Notes under the pieces: model-generated | Told to the model about the DNA's origin: nothing | Database searches by the model: none | What the model saw: the letters and a program-made list of their open reading frames with translations, nothing else | Source of the DNA: Candidatus Omnitrophota bacterium | Lineage (GTDB): Bacteria > Omnitrophota > Gorgyraeia > JAHJTE01 | Direction of reading: 5' to 3' | Assembly: GCA_020058285.1 (NCBI GenBank) | Contig: JAGVEL010000039.1 | Coordinates: forward strand, 1-52,808 | DNA length: 52,808 nt | Part shown: one piece after another, positions 11,251 to 21,490 of the stretch | How positions within the stretch are numbered: position 1 is the first letter of the stretch | Layout: every line of letters begins with the position of its first letter | Made by a program: the position numbers and the translations under genes

Positions 11251-12435
11251 ATGGCAAAACTATCCATTAAGGATTTACCTTTAAAAAATAAGCGCTTGCT
11301 GATGCGCGTTGATTTTAATGTGCCGCAGGATGAATCAGGCCAGATTACTGATGATATCCGCATCCGCGCAAGCCTACCGACTATAAAATATGCCTTGGAT
11401 AACGGCGTATCAAAGTTAATCTTAATGTCACATTTAGGCAGGCCTGACGGAGAAGTCAAGGAAAAGCTTAGGCTTAATCCCGTGGGGCAACGCCTAAGCA
11501 AGCTTCTTGGCGAAAAAGTGTGCAAACTCGATGATTGCATTGGTCCGGAAATAGCTGAGAGTATTAAAAAAGCAAAAGAAAGAGTCGTGCTTTTAGAGAA
11601 TCTGCGTTTTCATAAAGAAGAAGAGAAGAATGACCCTAATTTTGCCAAGCAATTAGCCAGCCTTGGAGATTTTTTTGTTAACGATGCTTTTGGCACAGCG
11701 CATCGCGCTCACGCATCAACTGAAGGAGTAACGCATTATCTAAAATCAGCTGCCGGATTTTTACTGGATAAGGAAATTCAATATTTGGGCGAAGCCTTAG
11801 AAAAACCAGTTCAGCCGTTTATGGTTATTTTAGGCGGAGTAAAGGTTTCAGATAAGATTGCGGTTATTGAAAATCTATTGCCAAAAGCGCAAAGTATTCT
11901 TATTGGCGGAGGTATGGCTTATACATTTTTAAAGGCACAAGGCGTAAAGATAGGAAAGTCAAAGTTGGAAGCAGAGAAAGTCGATTTTGCCGGAGAAATC
12001 TTAAAAAAAGCCCAACAGCTTGGGAAAAAAATTGTTTTGCCCTTAGACCATGTAGTAGCAACAGGCTTGGATAGCCCGCAAACAGCTAAGATTATAAATG
12101 ACGTCAATATTCCGGATGACCTCGTAGGATTAGACATCGGCCCTAAGACTATAAAACTCTTTAAAGATGAGTTAAAGAATGCCTTAATCATCTGTTGGAA
12201 CGGGCCGTTAGGTGTAAGTGAGATTAAAGAATTTAGCCGCGGAACAAAAGAGATAATGGAATTTATCACTAACTTGAAAGCGGTAACGATTTTAGGTGGA
12301 GGAGACACTGCAGCAGCAGCCAGTCAATTCAAATTGGATAGCTTGGTAACCCATATTTCTACTGGCGGTGGGGCATCGTTAGAATATATGGAAGGAAAAG
12401 TGCTGCCCGGAATTGCTGCTTTGACGGACCGATGA
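11251..12435 (+). CDS. pgk: Phosphoglycerate kinase
   Basis: RVDFNVP, SHLGRP, LLENLRF, NDAFGTAHRAHAS, STGGGASLE. Confidence 0.97.
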   Translation: MAKLSIKDLPLKNKRLLMRVDFNVPQDESGQITDDIRIRASLPTIKYALDNGVSKLILMSHLGRPDGEVKEKLRLNPVGQRLSKLLGEKVCKLDDCIGPEIAESIKKAKERVVLLENLRFHKEEEKNDPNFAKQLASLGDFFVNDAFGTAHRAHASTEGVTHYLKSAAGFLLDKEIQYLGEALEKPVQPFMVILGGVKVSDKIAVIENLLPKAQSILIGGGMAYTFLKAQGVKIGKSKLEAEKVDFAGEILKKAQQLGKKIVLPLDHVVATGLDSPQTAKIINDVNIPDDLVGLDIGPKTIKLFKDELKNALIICWNGPLGVSEIKEFSRGTKEIMEFITNLKAVTILGGGDTAAAASQFKLDSLVTHISTGGGASLEYMEGKVLPGIAALTDR

Positions 12436-13193
12436 GAACACCAATTATTGCTGGAAACTGGAAGATGAACAAAACTATCCCTGAGGCTATTGAATTAGCT
12501 AATAGCCTTAAGAGAGAGTTCTTGGATATCCAAGGAGTTGAGGTTGTAATCTGTCCGCCATTTACAGCCCTTTCTGAGGTTTTTGAAATATTAAACAGTT
12601 CCAATATAAAACTCGGTGCACAAAATATGTCTTGCCAGGAAGAAGGCGCGTTTACCGGAGAGGTATCAGCCAAGATGCTAAGGGACGCAGGATGCCAGTT
12701 CGTTATCTTAGGCCATTCTGAAAGAAGGCAGTATTTTTTTGAGACAGATAATCTAATAAATAACAAGATCAAGGCAGCCCTAAAGAATAATTTGACACCG
12801 ATAGTCTGTGTTGGTGAAACACTGGACGAGCGCGAGAATGAGAAAACTTTTGATGTAATTCAAACTCAAATTTCCGGAGTATTAAAAGATATAAAAGCGG
12901 TTGATTTAGAGAAAATTATATTTGCTTACGAGCCGGTTTGGGCAATCGGCACAGGTAAAAATGCGACAAGTGCTCAGGCCGAGGAAGTTCATAAGTTTAT
13001 TCGCTCGTTTTTAAAAAAGTGCTATAATGAAGAAACGGCCAATGCAGTTAGAATACAATATGGTGGCAGCGTAAAGCCGGAAAATTTCTCAGAGCTTATT
13101 AGCCAAGAGGATATTGACGGAGCATTGGTTGGCGGCGCTAGTTTACAAATGGAGGCTTTTGTAAAAATCGTAAAACAATGTTTGGCATCTTAA
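12432..13193 (+). CDS. tpiA: Triosephosphate isomerase
   Basis: AGNWKMN, GHSERR, AYEPVWAIGTG, YGGSV, LVGGASL. Confidence 0.97.
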   Translation: MRTPIIAGNWKMNKTIPEAIELANSLKREFLDIQGVEVVICPPFTALSEVFEILNSSNIKLGAQNMSCQEEGAFTGEVSAKMLRDAGCQFVILGHSERRQYFFETDNLINNKIKAALKNNLTPIVCVGETLDERENEKTFDVIQTQISGVLKDIKAVDLEKIIFAYEPVWAIGTGKNATSAQAEEVHKFIRSFLKKCYNEETANAVRIQYGGSVKPENFSELISQEDIDGALVGGASLQMEAFVKIVKQCLAS

Positions 13194-13573
13194 TTTTTAT
13201 ACATTCAATTATTGGAATTCTGTTGATTGTTGCTGTGTTGGTTCAGTCAGGTAGAAGCGGAGGCTTGACTGAGACATTCGGCGGCGCAGCTGAGTCAATA
13301 TTCGGTACAAAGACTAATGTATTTATGGTTCGCCTGACAACTACATTAGCCGCTCTATTTATCATAAGCTGCCTTACCTTGGCTTACCTGTCAAAACAAC
13401 AATCACTTTCTTTAATGGAGAAAGCAAAAGTATCTAAGCCTAAAGAACCAACCAAACCAAAAGCGCCAGAGGAGGTAAATACCGCAGAGCAAAAAGAACC
13501 TGTTCGGGTTGGCGAGAGTAAGTCAATAATCACTACTAATAAGGTTAATGAAACTGGGACAACTGCAAAATAA
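13178..13573 (+). CDS. secG: Preprotein translocase subunit SecG
   Basis: Two hydrophobic helices flanking VLVQSGRSGGL..FGG; follows tpiA as is typical; low-complexity tail. Confidence 0.9.
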   Translation: MFGILIFIHSIIGILLIVAVLVQSGRSGGLTETFGGAAESIFGTKTNVFMVRLTTTLAALFIISCLTLAYLSKQQSLSLMEKAKVSKPKEPTKPKAPEEVNTAEQKEPVRVGESKSIITTNKVNETGTTAK

Positions 13574-13601
13574 TTTTTTTCTAATTTAGCGGCTTAATTT
13601 T

Positions 13602-13628
13602 AACTACCAATTGTTTGGTAGTTTTTTT
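13602..13628 (+). terminator. Rho-independent terminator after gap-pgk-tpiA-secG
   Basis: AACTACCAA-ttgt-TTGGTAGTT hairpin running into a T tract. Confidence 0.7.
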
Positions 13629-13654
13629 ATTTTTTCACGACTTTCACTGATTTT

Positions 13655-15283
13655 ATGTCTAAAAAAGATTTTTGTAAAAGTTTATTTTTGGTTTTCTTAT
13701 TTTTTATTCTAATATCATTGCCGAGTGAGGCCCGGCCAGAAATTAAGCCGGATTACGGAGATAGTATTGTGGTTGGTTCTATTGGTGATGCGCGTACATT
13801 AATCCCAATAATCGCCTCTGACAGCGCTTCTGCGGAAATTTGCTCCTTGGTATTTAATGGTTTGGTGAAATATGATAAGGATATTAACCTTGTTCCGGAT
13901 TTAGCAGAAAGTTGGCAGATTTTAGATAACGGTCTGACTATTTTATTTAAATTAAAGAAAAATGTTCGCTGGCATGATGGGGTAAAATTTAGCGCAAAAG
14001 ATGTTGAGTTTACGTTTAAAAAACTCATTGACCCAAATACAAAAACGCCTTACAGCGGTGATTTTGAAAAGGTAAAAAACCTGGAAGTAATCGATGATTA
14101 TACTCTTAAGGTTAGCTATATTGAGCCGTTTGCTCCCGGTTTAGCCAGTTGGGGTATGCCGATAATGCCTGAACACCTCTTAAAAAATGAGGATTTTAAT
14201 AAGACGCAATTCAGCCGCAAACCCGTAGGCACTGGTCCATATAAATTTAAATTGTGGAATACCCAAGAAAAGATTATCTTAGAGGCTAACGATGACTATT
14301 TTGAAGGCCGGCCTTATATTGACCGTTATATCTATCGCGTTATTCCGGATCAGGCAACGTTATTCTTAGAGATTCAGGTAGAGGGCGTTGATTTCACCGG
14401 CCTGTCACCGTTTCAGGATCAATATCAGACAAATACAAAGTTTTTTAAAAAGTCATTTAACAAATACCGCATCCCGAGTTTTGGCTTTACTTATTTAGGG
14501 TTTAATCTAAAAAACCCTTTTTTTATTGATAGTCGTGTTCGTAAGGCTTTAGATTATGCAATTGATAAACAGGAGATAATCCGCGGCGTACTTTTAGGTT
14601 TAGGCAAAGAGTGCACTGGGCCGTTTATTCCTGATTCCTGGGCGTATAACCCAAAAGTTCTGCCTCATTCTTATAACCCCGGGAAAGCCAGGGAGCTTTT
14701 AAAAGAATCGGGCTGGCAAGATACCAATAATGACGGTTGGTTGGATAAAGATAGCAAGATTTTTGAATTCACGATTATTACTAATCAAGGTAATGATGAG
14801 CGCAAGACTGCCGCCGAGATTATCCAGAAGAGGTTAAAAGAAATCGGGATAAGGGTAAAAATAAAAGTTATTGAATGGTCGGCATTTATCAGTGAATTCA
14901 TAGATAAAAGAAGGTTCGATGCCTGCTTACTCGGCTGGTCCTTGTCGCGCGACCCGGATAATTTCGATATCTGGCACTCATCTAAGACAAGAGAAGGAGA
15001 ATTCAACTTTATCAGCTATAAAAATCCGGTTGTAGACGCGCTCCTCGAAACTGCGCGCAAAACATTCAACCAGGAAGAACGCGCAAAGGATTACAAAAAA
15101 ATACATGAGCTTATTTATGAGGATTGTCCTTATGTTTTTCTTTATGTTCCGGATAGCCTGCCAATAATAAACAAGCGTTTTCTCGGCATAAAGCCAGCAC
15201 CATTAGGTTTGACTTATGATTTTATTAAATGGTGGGTGCCACGCGAAATGCAAAAGTATAACCGAATAAGGCTTCAAAAATGA
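13655..15283 (+). CDS. Peptide ABC transporter substrate-binding protein (family 5, AppA-like)
   Basis: Signal peptide, [36 protein letters not shown]. Confidence 0.92.
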   Translation: MSKKDFCKSLFLVFLFFILISLPSEARPEIKPDYGDSIVVGSIGDARTLIPIIASDSASAEICSLVFNGLVKYDKDINLVPDLAESWQILDNGLTILFKLKKNVRWHDGVKFSAKDVEFTFKKLIDPNTKTPYSGDFEKVKNLEVIDDYTLKVSYIEPFAPGLASWGMPIMPEHLLKNEDFNKTQFSRKPVGTGPYKFKLWNTQEKIILEANDDYFEGRPYIDRYIYRVIPDQATLFLEIQVEGVDFTGLSPFQDQYQTNTKFFKKSFNKYRIPSFGFTYLGFNLKNPFFIDSRVRKALDYAIDKQEIIRGVLLGLGKECTGPFIPDSWAYNPKVLPHSYNPGKARELLKESGWQDTNNDGWLDKDSKIFEFTIITNQGNDERKTAAEIIQKRLKEIGIRVKIKVIEWSAFISEFIDKRRFDACLLGWSLSRDPDNFDIWHSSKTREGEFNFISYKNPVVDALLETARKTFNQEERAKDYKKIHELIYEDCPYVFLYVPDSLPIINKRFLGIKPAPLGLTYDFIKWWVPREMQKYNRIRLQK

Positions 15284-16254
15284 TTCAATATATTGTCCGC
15301 AGATTATTTTCTTTAATTCCTTTATTTGTAGGTATAACTCTAATTTCATTTTTTGTTATTCATCTTGCACCCGGAAAACCCTCCAGCCTGCAGACTGATT
15401 TAAACCCAAAAGTCAGCCTTGAGGTTAGAGAGAGGCTGGCTAAGGTTTATGGCTTGGATAAGCCGCTGATTGTCCAGTACAAAAATTGGTTCTTAAGGCT
15501 TGTCCGGTTTGATTTTGGCCGTTCATTTTTAGATGACCGGCTGGTTTGGGATAAGATAAAAGAGCGCATTCCCATAACTTTAGGCATAAATTTATTATCA
15601 CTTTTGTTGATTTTGATTGTTGGTATTCCTTTGGGCGTAAATGCAGCTTTGAAATCCGGCTCTTTTTTTGATAAGGCAACTACGGTGTTTGTCTTTTTTG
15701 GATTTGCTATGCCGACTTTCTGGTTAGCATTATTGTTAATGAACCTATTCGGGATAAATCTGCAAATATTGCCTATCTCTGGCATAAAATCTATTGATTT
15801 TGAATTCATGAATTTAGCGCAGAAAATCGCTGACTTAGGCCGGCATTTGATTTTACCGGTGTTTGTTTCGGCAGTTGGAGGCTTGGCCGGCATATCTCGT
15901 TATATGCGCCAGGGAATGCTCGAGGTAAAGCTCAGCGAGTTTGTTTTGGCTGCCCGGGCCAGGGGATTGCCCGAAAGAGTTATAATTTATAATCATGCCT
16001 TGCGTAATGCCCTGATTCCGATTATCACTATTCTTGGGCTATCTTTGCCTGGGCTATTTGGCGGTAGTGTAATATTCGAAACAATATTTGCAATACCCGG
16101 CTTAGGCAGGTTGTTTTTTGAGGCAGTAATGAGCCGGGATTACCCGTTGATAATGGGTGAATTGGTCTTGGGCAGTATTTTAACATTACTCGGCAATTTA
16201 ATTGCGGATATTGCTAATGCTTACGTTGATCCGCGCATAAGGTATTCACGATGA
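15280..16254 (+). CDS. Peptide ABC transporter permease (OppB/DppB-like)
   Basis: YGLDKP, DFGRS, ARARGL EAA loop, HALRNA, DPRIR. Confidence 0.92.
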   Translation: MIQYIVRRLFSLIPLFVGITLISFFVIHLAPGKPSSLQTDLNPKVSLEVRERLAKVYGLDKPLIVQYKNWFLRLVRFDFGRSFLDDRLVWDKIKERIPITLGINLLSLLLILIVGIPLGVNAALKSGSFFDKATTVFVFFGFAMPTFWLALLLMNLFGINLQILPISGIKSIDFEFMNLAQKIADLGRHLILPVFVSAVGGLAGISRYMRQGMLEVKLSEFVLAARARGLPERVIIYNHALRNALIPIITILGLSLPGLFGGSVIFETIFAIPGLGRLFFEAVMSRDYPLIMGELVLGSILTLLGNLIADIANAYVDPRIRYSR

Positions 16255-17072
16255 AGATATTCAGAAATATTTATAATAATAAATTGGTATTTTTTGGTTC
16301 AATAATTATTTTACTGCTGGTGTTTATTGCAATCTTTGCGCCCTGGCTATCTCGTTATGATCCCAGCGATATTGATTTAAATAATATTTTAGCTGGACCT
16401 TCTTTTAAGAATATTTTAGGAACGGATTCTTTAGGCCGGGATTTGTTAAGTCGGATTATGTTTGGCGCAAAGGTTTCTTTAAAGGTTGGGTTTATTGCTG
16501 TAGGTATCTCTACAATAATAGGTATATTTATTGGCTCTATTGCCGGGTTTTTTGGTCGGTGGCTTGATTCACTGCTAATGCGTTTTGTTGATTTGATGCT
16601 TTGTTTTCCGACGTTCTTTTTAATACTTTCAGTGATAGCGATTCTAGAGCCATCTATAACCAATATCATGATTATTATTGGCTTAACCAGTTGGATGGGC
16701 ATTGCGCGCATTGTCCGTTCACAGGTTCTTAGCTTAAAAGAACGAGAATTTATTCAGGCAGCTAAGGTTATTGGAGCAAGCAATGCGCGTATAATCATCC
16801 GTCATCTACTGCCTAACGCTTTGGGGCCAATAATAGTTTCTGCTGTCTTAGGGATGGCCTACGCTATACTCGTGGAGTCAAGTTTAAGTTTTCTTGGGTT
16901 GGGTGTTCAACCGCCAACTCCTTCCTGGGGAAATATTCTTATCGAAGCTAAGGCAACACTCGGCATAGCCTGGTGGTTGACGTTATTTCCGGGTCTGGCA
17001 ATATTTATTACCATACTAGGGTTTGATATATTAGGCGAAGGCTTAAGAAACTGGTTTAAAAATTATGAATGA
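16251..17072 (+). CDS. Peptide ABC transporter permease (OppC/DppC-like)
   Basis: [39 protein letters not shown]. Confidence 0.92.
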   Translation: MKIFRNIYNNKLVFFGSIIILLLVFIAIFAPWLSRYDPSDIDLNNILAGPSFKNILGTDSLGRDLLSRIMFGAKVSLKVGFIAVGISTIIGIFIGSIAGFFGRWLDSLLMRFVDLMLCFPTFFLILSVIAILEPSITNIMIIIGLTSWMGIARIVRSQVLSLKEREFIQAAKVIGASNARIIIRHLLPNALGPIIVSAVLGMAYAILVESSLSFLGLGVQPPTPSWGNILIEAKATLGIAWWLTLFPGLAIFITILGFDILGEGLRNWFKNYE

Positions 17073-17859
17073 GTTGCTAAAAATAGAGAATTTAACTGTT
17101 TGTTATTTTCAAGGGTCGCAAGCTATTCCGGCGCTAACCGGGGTTAATCTGGAAATAGACAAAGGAAGTATTGTTGGGTTAGTCGGCGAGAGTGGCTGCG
17201 GTAAGACAACCTTAGCTAAAAGTATAGTTTCGCTTTTGCCTGGCAATGCACAAATCCTAAGCGGCAAGATTATTTATCAGGGAAAAAATTTGCTCGATTT
17301 CAACGATAGGCAAATTAGCCAAATACGCGGCAGAGAAATTGGTTATATTTTTCAAGATCCTAGCGCAGCGCTAAACCCAGTGATAACAATCGGAAATCAG
17401 CTGATAGAAACGATCAGGCATTTAAGAAAAGTACCAGAAAACCTTGCAAGGAATGAGGCAAAAGAATTATTAGACCTAGTAAAGGTGCCTGAGCCAGGGG
17501 AGATTTTAAGATTTTTCCCTCATCAGCTTTCCGGAGGGATGAACCAAAGGATTATGATTGCTTTGACTTTGGCTTGCCAGCCGAGGTTGTTAATTTGCGA
17601 CGAGCCGACATCAAATCTCGATGTTACAATAGCTGCCTCGATATTGCAACTACTGTTAGAGTTAAAGAAGAAATTAAACTTATCAATAATTTTTATAACC
17701 CACGATTTATCATTAATTCGGTTTTTTGCAGAGAGTGTTGCAGTCCTTTATCAAGGTAGGTTAGTTGAGTTTCAGGAGACATCTGGAATTTTTAATCATC
17801 CGAAAGATAATTATACCCGGGATTTGATTGCCGCAAGTTTCCAGGCTAGTTCACTTTAG
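17065..17859 (+). CDS. Peptide ABC transporter ATPase (OppD/DppD-like, short C-terminus)
   Basis: GESGCGKT, FPHQLSGGMNQR, CDEPT, ITHD. Confidence 0.92.
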   Translation: MNELLKIENLTVCYFQGSQAIPALTGVNLEIDKGSIVGLVGESGCGKTTLAKSIVSLLPGNAQILSGKIIYQGKNLLDFNDRQISQIRGREIGYIFQDPSAALNPVITIGNQLIETIRHLRKVPENLARNEAKELLDLVKVPEPGEILRFFPHQLSGGMNQRIMIALTLACQPRLLICDEPTSNLDVTIAASILQLLLELKKKLNLSIIFITHDLSLIRFFAESVAVLYQGRLVEFQETSGIFNHPKDNYTRDLIAASFQASSL

Positions 17860-17862
17860 ATT

Positions 17863-18804
17863 ATGATCGAACCCTTAGTTAAATTAAATAATATCAGTAA
17901 ATACTACTACGTCCAAAAAAACTTCTTTTCAACAAAAAAAATCGAAGTCAGGGCAGTTGATGGAATAAGTTTTTCTATAAATCCCGGAGAGACTTTGGGT
18001 TTAGTCGGCGAAAGTAGCTGTGGCAAGACAACGCTGGCTAAACTTATTTTAAGATTAGTTACACCGACAAAAGGTGAGATTGTTTTTGGCTCTCAGATTT
18101 CCGATTTACGCAAGGATGTGCAAATGGTCTTTCAGAACCCGTATAATTCTCTAGACCCGATGATGCGCATAGAGGATATTATCCTAGAGCCACTTTTAAT
18201 CCATCGAATTGTTAATAAGAAACAAAAGAGTGATAAGGCTTTGGAATTATTGCGCTTAGTTTGTCTTGATTCTGATGTTCTCTATAGATTGCCTCAAGCA
18301 TTTAGCGGAGGGCAGCGCCAGCGTATAAGTTTAGCCCGGGCCATGGCAACAAACCCGAAGATTATTATATTAGATGAACCGGTTTCATCTTTGGATGTAA
18401 TGATCCAGGGGCAGGTTTTAAAGTTGCTAAAGGACTTGCAACTAAAATTTAATTTGAGTTTTTTGTTCATAACTCATAATCTTTCTGTAGCTAGGAATTT
18501 TTGTGACCAAATTTTAGTCATGTACCTGGGTAAGATTATGGAGAGAGCTTTGGTGGGCGAATTATTCAATAAGCCAATGCATCCTTATACTGAATCACTT
18601 ATTCTTGCATCTATTCAGAAAAAGAGTAAATTAAAAGGAGATATCTCGCGCATTAGGCTAACCAGAGGATGTATTTTTAACCCGCGCTGCCCTTATACGC
18701 AAGAAAAATGTTTTAATATAGAGCCTATTTTAGAGGAAAAAGAGAATAACCATTTTGCATATTGTCATTTCCCGCTTAAAAATTTTTCTCGAGGTGAAAA
18801 ATGA
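17863..18804 (+). CDS. Peptide ABC transporter ATPase (OppF/DppF-like)
   Basis: GESSCGKT, FSGGQRQR, LDEP, HPYT, GCIFNPRC..C..CH. Confidence 0.92.
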   Translation: MIEPLVKLNNISKYYYVQKNFFSTKKIEVRAVDGISFSINPGETLGLVGESSCGKTTLAKLILRLVTPTKGEIVFGSQISDLRKDVQMVFQNPYNSLDPMMRIEDIILEPLLIHRIVNKKQKSDKALELLRLVCLDSDVLYRLPQAFSGGQRQRISLARAMATNPKIIILDEPVSSLDVMIQGQVLKLLKDLQLKFNLSFLFITHNLSVARNFCDQILVMYLGKIMERALVGELFNKPMHPYTESLILASIQKKSKLKGDISRIRLTRGCIFNPRCPYTQEKCFNIEPILEEKENNHFAYCHFPLKNFSRGEK

Positions 18805-20804
18805 ATAAACGGTTAAGTTTACAAGTGAATAATTTCCTACCTTTGTTTTTGAATATAGTTTTGATATTATTTGTAATTACCATGGCGAGCAGCGGGATTT
18901 TCGATACAGATATCTGGTTGCATTTAAAAACCGGAAAATTAATCTTAAGGGATTTACGCGTTCCGACATTTGATCCTTATTCTTTCACTACAGGTGTCAA
19001 GCCTTGGATTAATCATGAGTGGTTATTTCAGGTTATTGTTTACTCAGCCTATAAATTTTTTGATATAAATGGCTTGATCTGCCTGCAAACTCTGTTTATA
19101 ACTTTTGCCTTTTTTGTTTTATTTTTAATCGGATTTAAAGACAAACGTTTTCAGATTAGCGCATTTATACTTTCAATATTGATAGTATATGCAAGCCGGT
19201 CTAGATTTAATTTACGCCCTGATGTTTTAAGCTTGGTATTTTTTGCAATTTTTTTACATGAACTAAAATTTGCCAAAGTTAGCAAAAGGATTTATTTCTT
19301 ATTGTTTTGGCAGGTACTTTGGGTTAATTGCCACGGATATTTCTTTCTTGGACCGTTATTAATTTTAATTTTTATAATTTCAGAATTATTAAAAAGACAT
19401 TGTCCATATTTACCTGTTCAGTGGTCGCAGTTACCCAGGATGGAAGAGAATGATTTTAAAAGATTAGTTAGATTGTTTTTTCTTATCTTTCCTGTTTTGT
19501 TAATTAATCCCCAGTTTTTAAACGGCGCATTATATCCGTTTCATATTTTAAAGGGTTTAATATTGGGGCATGCTCAGTTTGCATTTCAACATGTTGAAGA
19601 ACTGGCAAAAGCATTTTACCCCAAGGGAAATGCTTTTTTAGGGAATAGCCAATTTAACATACTGATTTTAATTACTGTTATATCCTTGTTGATTAATTGG
19701 CGAAAATTAGACTTTACTTATATTTTGTTATTTGTCTTCTTCACTCCTTTCGGATTTTTGGCACTGCGCAACGTATGTTTTTTAAGTTTTGTTTGCTATT
19801 TTGTTATTATCTCTCAGTTGGAATTAATTGAACGTATAGCAAAGAAGAGAGTTAATGCTGAAGTAGTTTTAAGCAAAGTTCATTTCCCGGCCAAATTAAT
19901 AGTTATTGTTATTATAATTTTGTTTATCGGTAACCAGAGCTACGAATTTCTTCTCAGAAGTTATTATGATTTTGACGAGTACCAGCTGAAGAGCATGCTT
20001 ACTGATTTTATAAAATATCGTTATCCGCAAAGATGCACCGACTTTATTTTAAAGAATAATCTGCCTAAGAATTTATTTAATGATTTCAATTCCGGTTCAT
20101 ACCTAATCTTTCACGCCTGGCCGAAATATAAGGTTTTTGTCGATGGCAGAACCGAGCTTTACTCTAATAAATTTTTTGATGAATACTTTAAAATAATGCA
20201 CGATGGTGATAAGGAAGTTTTTGATTCAATCACTGAAAGATTTAATATAAACACCGTATTATTAAATAATGCTACTGCGCATATCTCAAAGAATGCTTTG
20301 AAGATGATTTATCAGCATCCAGGATGGCAATTGGTATTTTTTGATGAGCAAGGCGTTGTTTTCTTAAAAAAGACTCCGGAGAATTTCCATTTACTCAAGT
20401 CTTTAAGCGTAGATTTAAAAAAATGGAAGGCTCCGACCGTGGATATTTTGCGTTTAGGCTTAGTTAAGGTTGCTCCAGACCCTTACTTAAGTAGAGCACG
20501 TTTATTAGATATCTTAGGCTTAGATGCACCATTGGTTTCTGAAGTCAATGAAGCTTTAAAGGTTTCGCCAGCGAATTCTTTGGCTAATTTTTATTTAGGT
20601 GAAATATTATTTAAGCAGAAGAATTATAAAGAAGCCTTAAGATATTTAAGAATTGCTTATGTTGCGGGTTTAGATAAAAGTGAACTCAGAGCACTTTTAG
20701 CCAAGACCTATATTAAACTGGGAGACAAACTTAGAGGCATGAAATTTTTTAAAGCGGTACTCAAGGAAGATCCTAAGAATACATTGGCCAATGAATTTTT
20801 TTAA
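18801..20804 (+). CDS. Polytopic membrane protein (possible GT-C-fold glycosyltransferase) with C-terminal TPR
   Basis: DTDIWLHLKTG..DPYSFT..WINHEWLFQ loop after the first helix, many TM helices, NDFNSGSYL..VFVDGRTELY, TPR-like tail. Confidence 0.6.
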   Translation: MNKRLSLQVNNFLPLFLNIVLILFVITMASSGIFDTDIWLHLKTGKLILRDLRVPTFDPYSFTTGVKPWINHEWLFQVIVYSAYKFFDINGLICLQTLFITFAFFVLFLIGFKDKRFQISAFILSILIVYASRSRFNLRPDVLSLVFFAIFLHELKFAKVSKRIYFLLFWQVLWVNCHGYFFLGPLLILIFIISELLKRHCPYLPVQWSQLPRMEENDFKRLVRLFFLIFPVLLINPQFLNGALYPFHILKGLILGHAQFAFQHVEELAKAFYPKGNAFLGNSQFNILILITVISLLINWRKLDFTYILLFVFFTPFGFLALRNVCFLSFVCYFVIISQLELIERIAKKRVNAEVVLSKVHFPAKLIVIVIIILFIGNQSYEFLLRSYYDFDEYQLKSMLTDFIKYRYPQRCTDFILKNNLPKNLFNDFNSGSYLIFHAWPKYKVFVDGRTELYSNKFFDEYFKIMHDGDKEVFDSITERFNINTVLLNNATAHISKNALKMIYQHPGWQLVFFDEQGVVFLKKTPENFHLLKSLSVDLKKWKAPTVDILRLGLVKVAPDPYLSRARLLDILGLDAPLVSEVNEALKVSPANSLANFYLGEILFKQKNYKEALRYLRIAYVAGLDKSELRALLAKTYIKLGDKLRGMKFFKAVLKEDPKNTLANEFF

Positions 20805-20823
20805 AGATAATTCTTATAACTTA

Positions 20824-20852
20824 TTGCAAGCACTTTAGTTTTGTTATATAAT
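20824..20852 (+). promoter_or_regulatory. sigma70-type promoter, probably giving a leaderless transcript
   Basis: TTGCAA (20824-20829), 17-nt spacer, TATAAT (20847-20852); ATG at 20859. Confidence 0.65.
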
Positions 20853-20858
20853 TTTAAG

Positions 20859-21314
20859 ATGATTAGAAAAGCCAAAGTAAGAGATGTTTTAACCGTACAG
20901 AGCTTAATAAATCAATATGCCCAGCAGAATCTTATGCTCGGCAGGTCGTTGAGTGAACTTTATGAAAATATCCGGGATTTTTGGGTATTTGTTGATCCGG
21001 AGAATCATAAAGTTGTGGGTTGTTGCGCGTTGCATGTTTGTTGGAAAAAATTAGCTGAGATTAAATCTTTGGCTGTTGCGCCAAAATTTAGCTCAAAAGG
21101 TATAGGTAGCGCACTTGTGCTAAAATCAATGGATGAGGCAAAGAGTCTGGGGATAAAAGACATATTTGTTTTAACCTTTGTCCCAAAATTCTTTAGACGC
21201 TTTGGCTTTAGGCAGATAAACAAGAATAGATTACCGCATAAGATCTGGGTAGAATGCTGCAATTGTCCAAAATTCCCGGATTGTAATGAGATTGCTTTGA
21301 TTAAAAAAATTTAA
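20859..21314 (+). CDS. GNAT N-acetyltransferase (short ArgA-like N-acetylglutamate synthase)
   Basis: MIRKA..D, LYENIRDF, LAEIKSLAV, GIGSALV, FVLT..FF..FGF, KIWVECCNCPKFPDC; start reassigned from 20841 to ATG 20859. Confidence 0.82.
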   Translation: MIRKAKVRDVLTVQSLINQYAQQNLMLGRSLSELYENIRDFWVFVDPENHKVVGCCALHVCWKKLAEIKSLAVAPKFSSKGIGSALVLKSMDEAKSLGIKDIFVLTFVPKFFRRFGFRQINKNRLPHKIWVECCNCPKFPDCNEIALIKKI

Positions 21315-21477
21315 ATGAGGGCATAACTTAGCGAACGATAAGTGAAGCTAAATTGTTTGCCCGAATTTACCCCACACCCAGTTCCTACTTTTGCGTTTCC
21401 TTGTAGCAGCTGGGTGTGGGGTTCAACTCCGACATACAAGTTATGTCACCTGCGGTTCCGTAACTTGTGTCGTCATT
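21312..21477. repeat. Four-way-junction intergenic element, copy 2 (different central arm)
   Basis: AATGA | GGGC-ATAACTTAGC..GCTAAATTGT-tt-GCCC | GAATTTA-CCCCACACCCAG..CTGGGTGTGGGG-TTCAACTC | CGAC-at-ACAAGTTATG..CGTAACTTGT-GTCG | TCATT. Confidence 0.85.
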
Positions 21478-21490
21478 GAAGGAGGATAAG

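Noticed and set aside
17998-18033. Walker A variant GESSCGKT in the OppF-like ATPase
   Set aside because: It is a single substitution with the GKT core, signature, Walker B and H-loop intact; not enough to claim inactivation.
21370-21440. Possible tRNA gene suggested by GGGGTTCAACTCC
   Set aside because: No acceptor stem, D-arm or anticodon arm with tRNA spacing; the motif is part of the repeat element.
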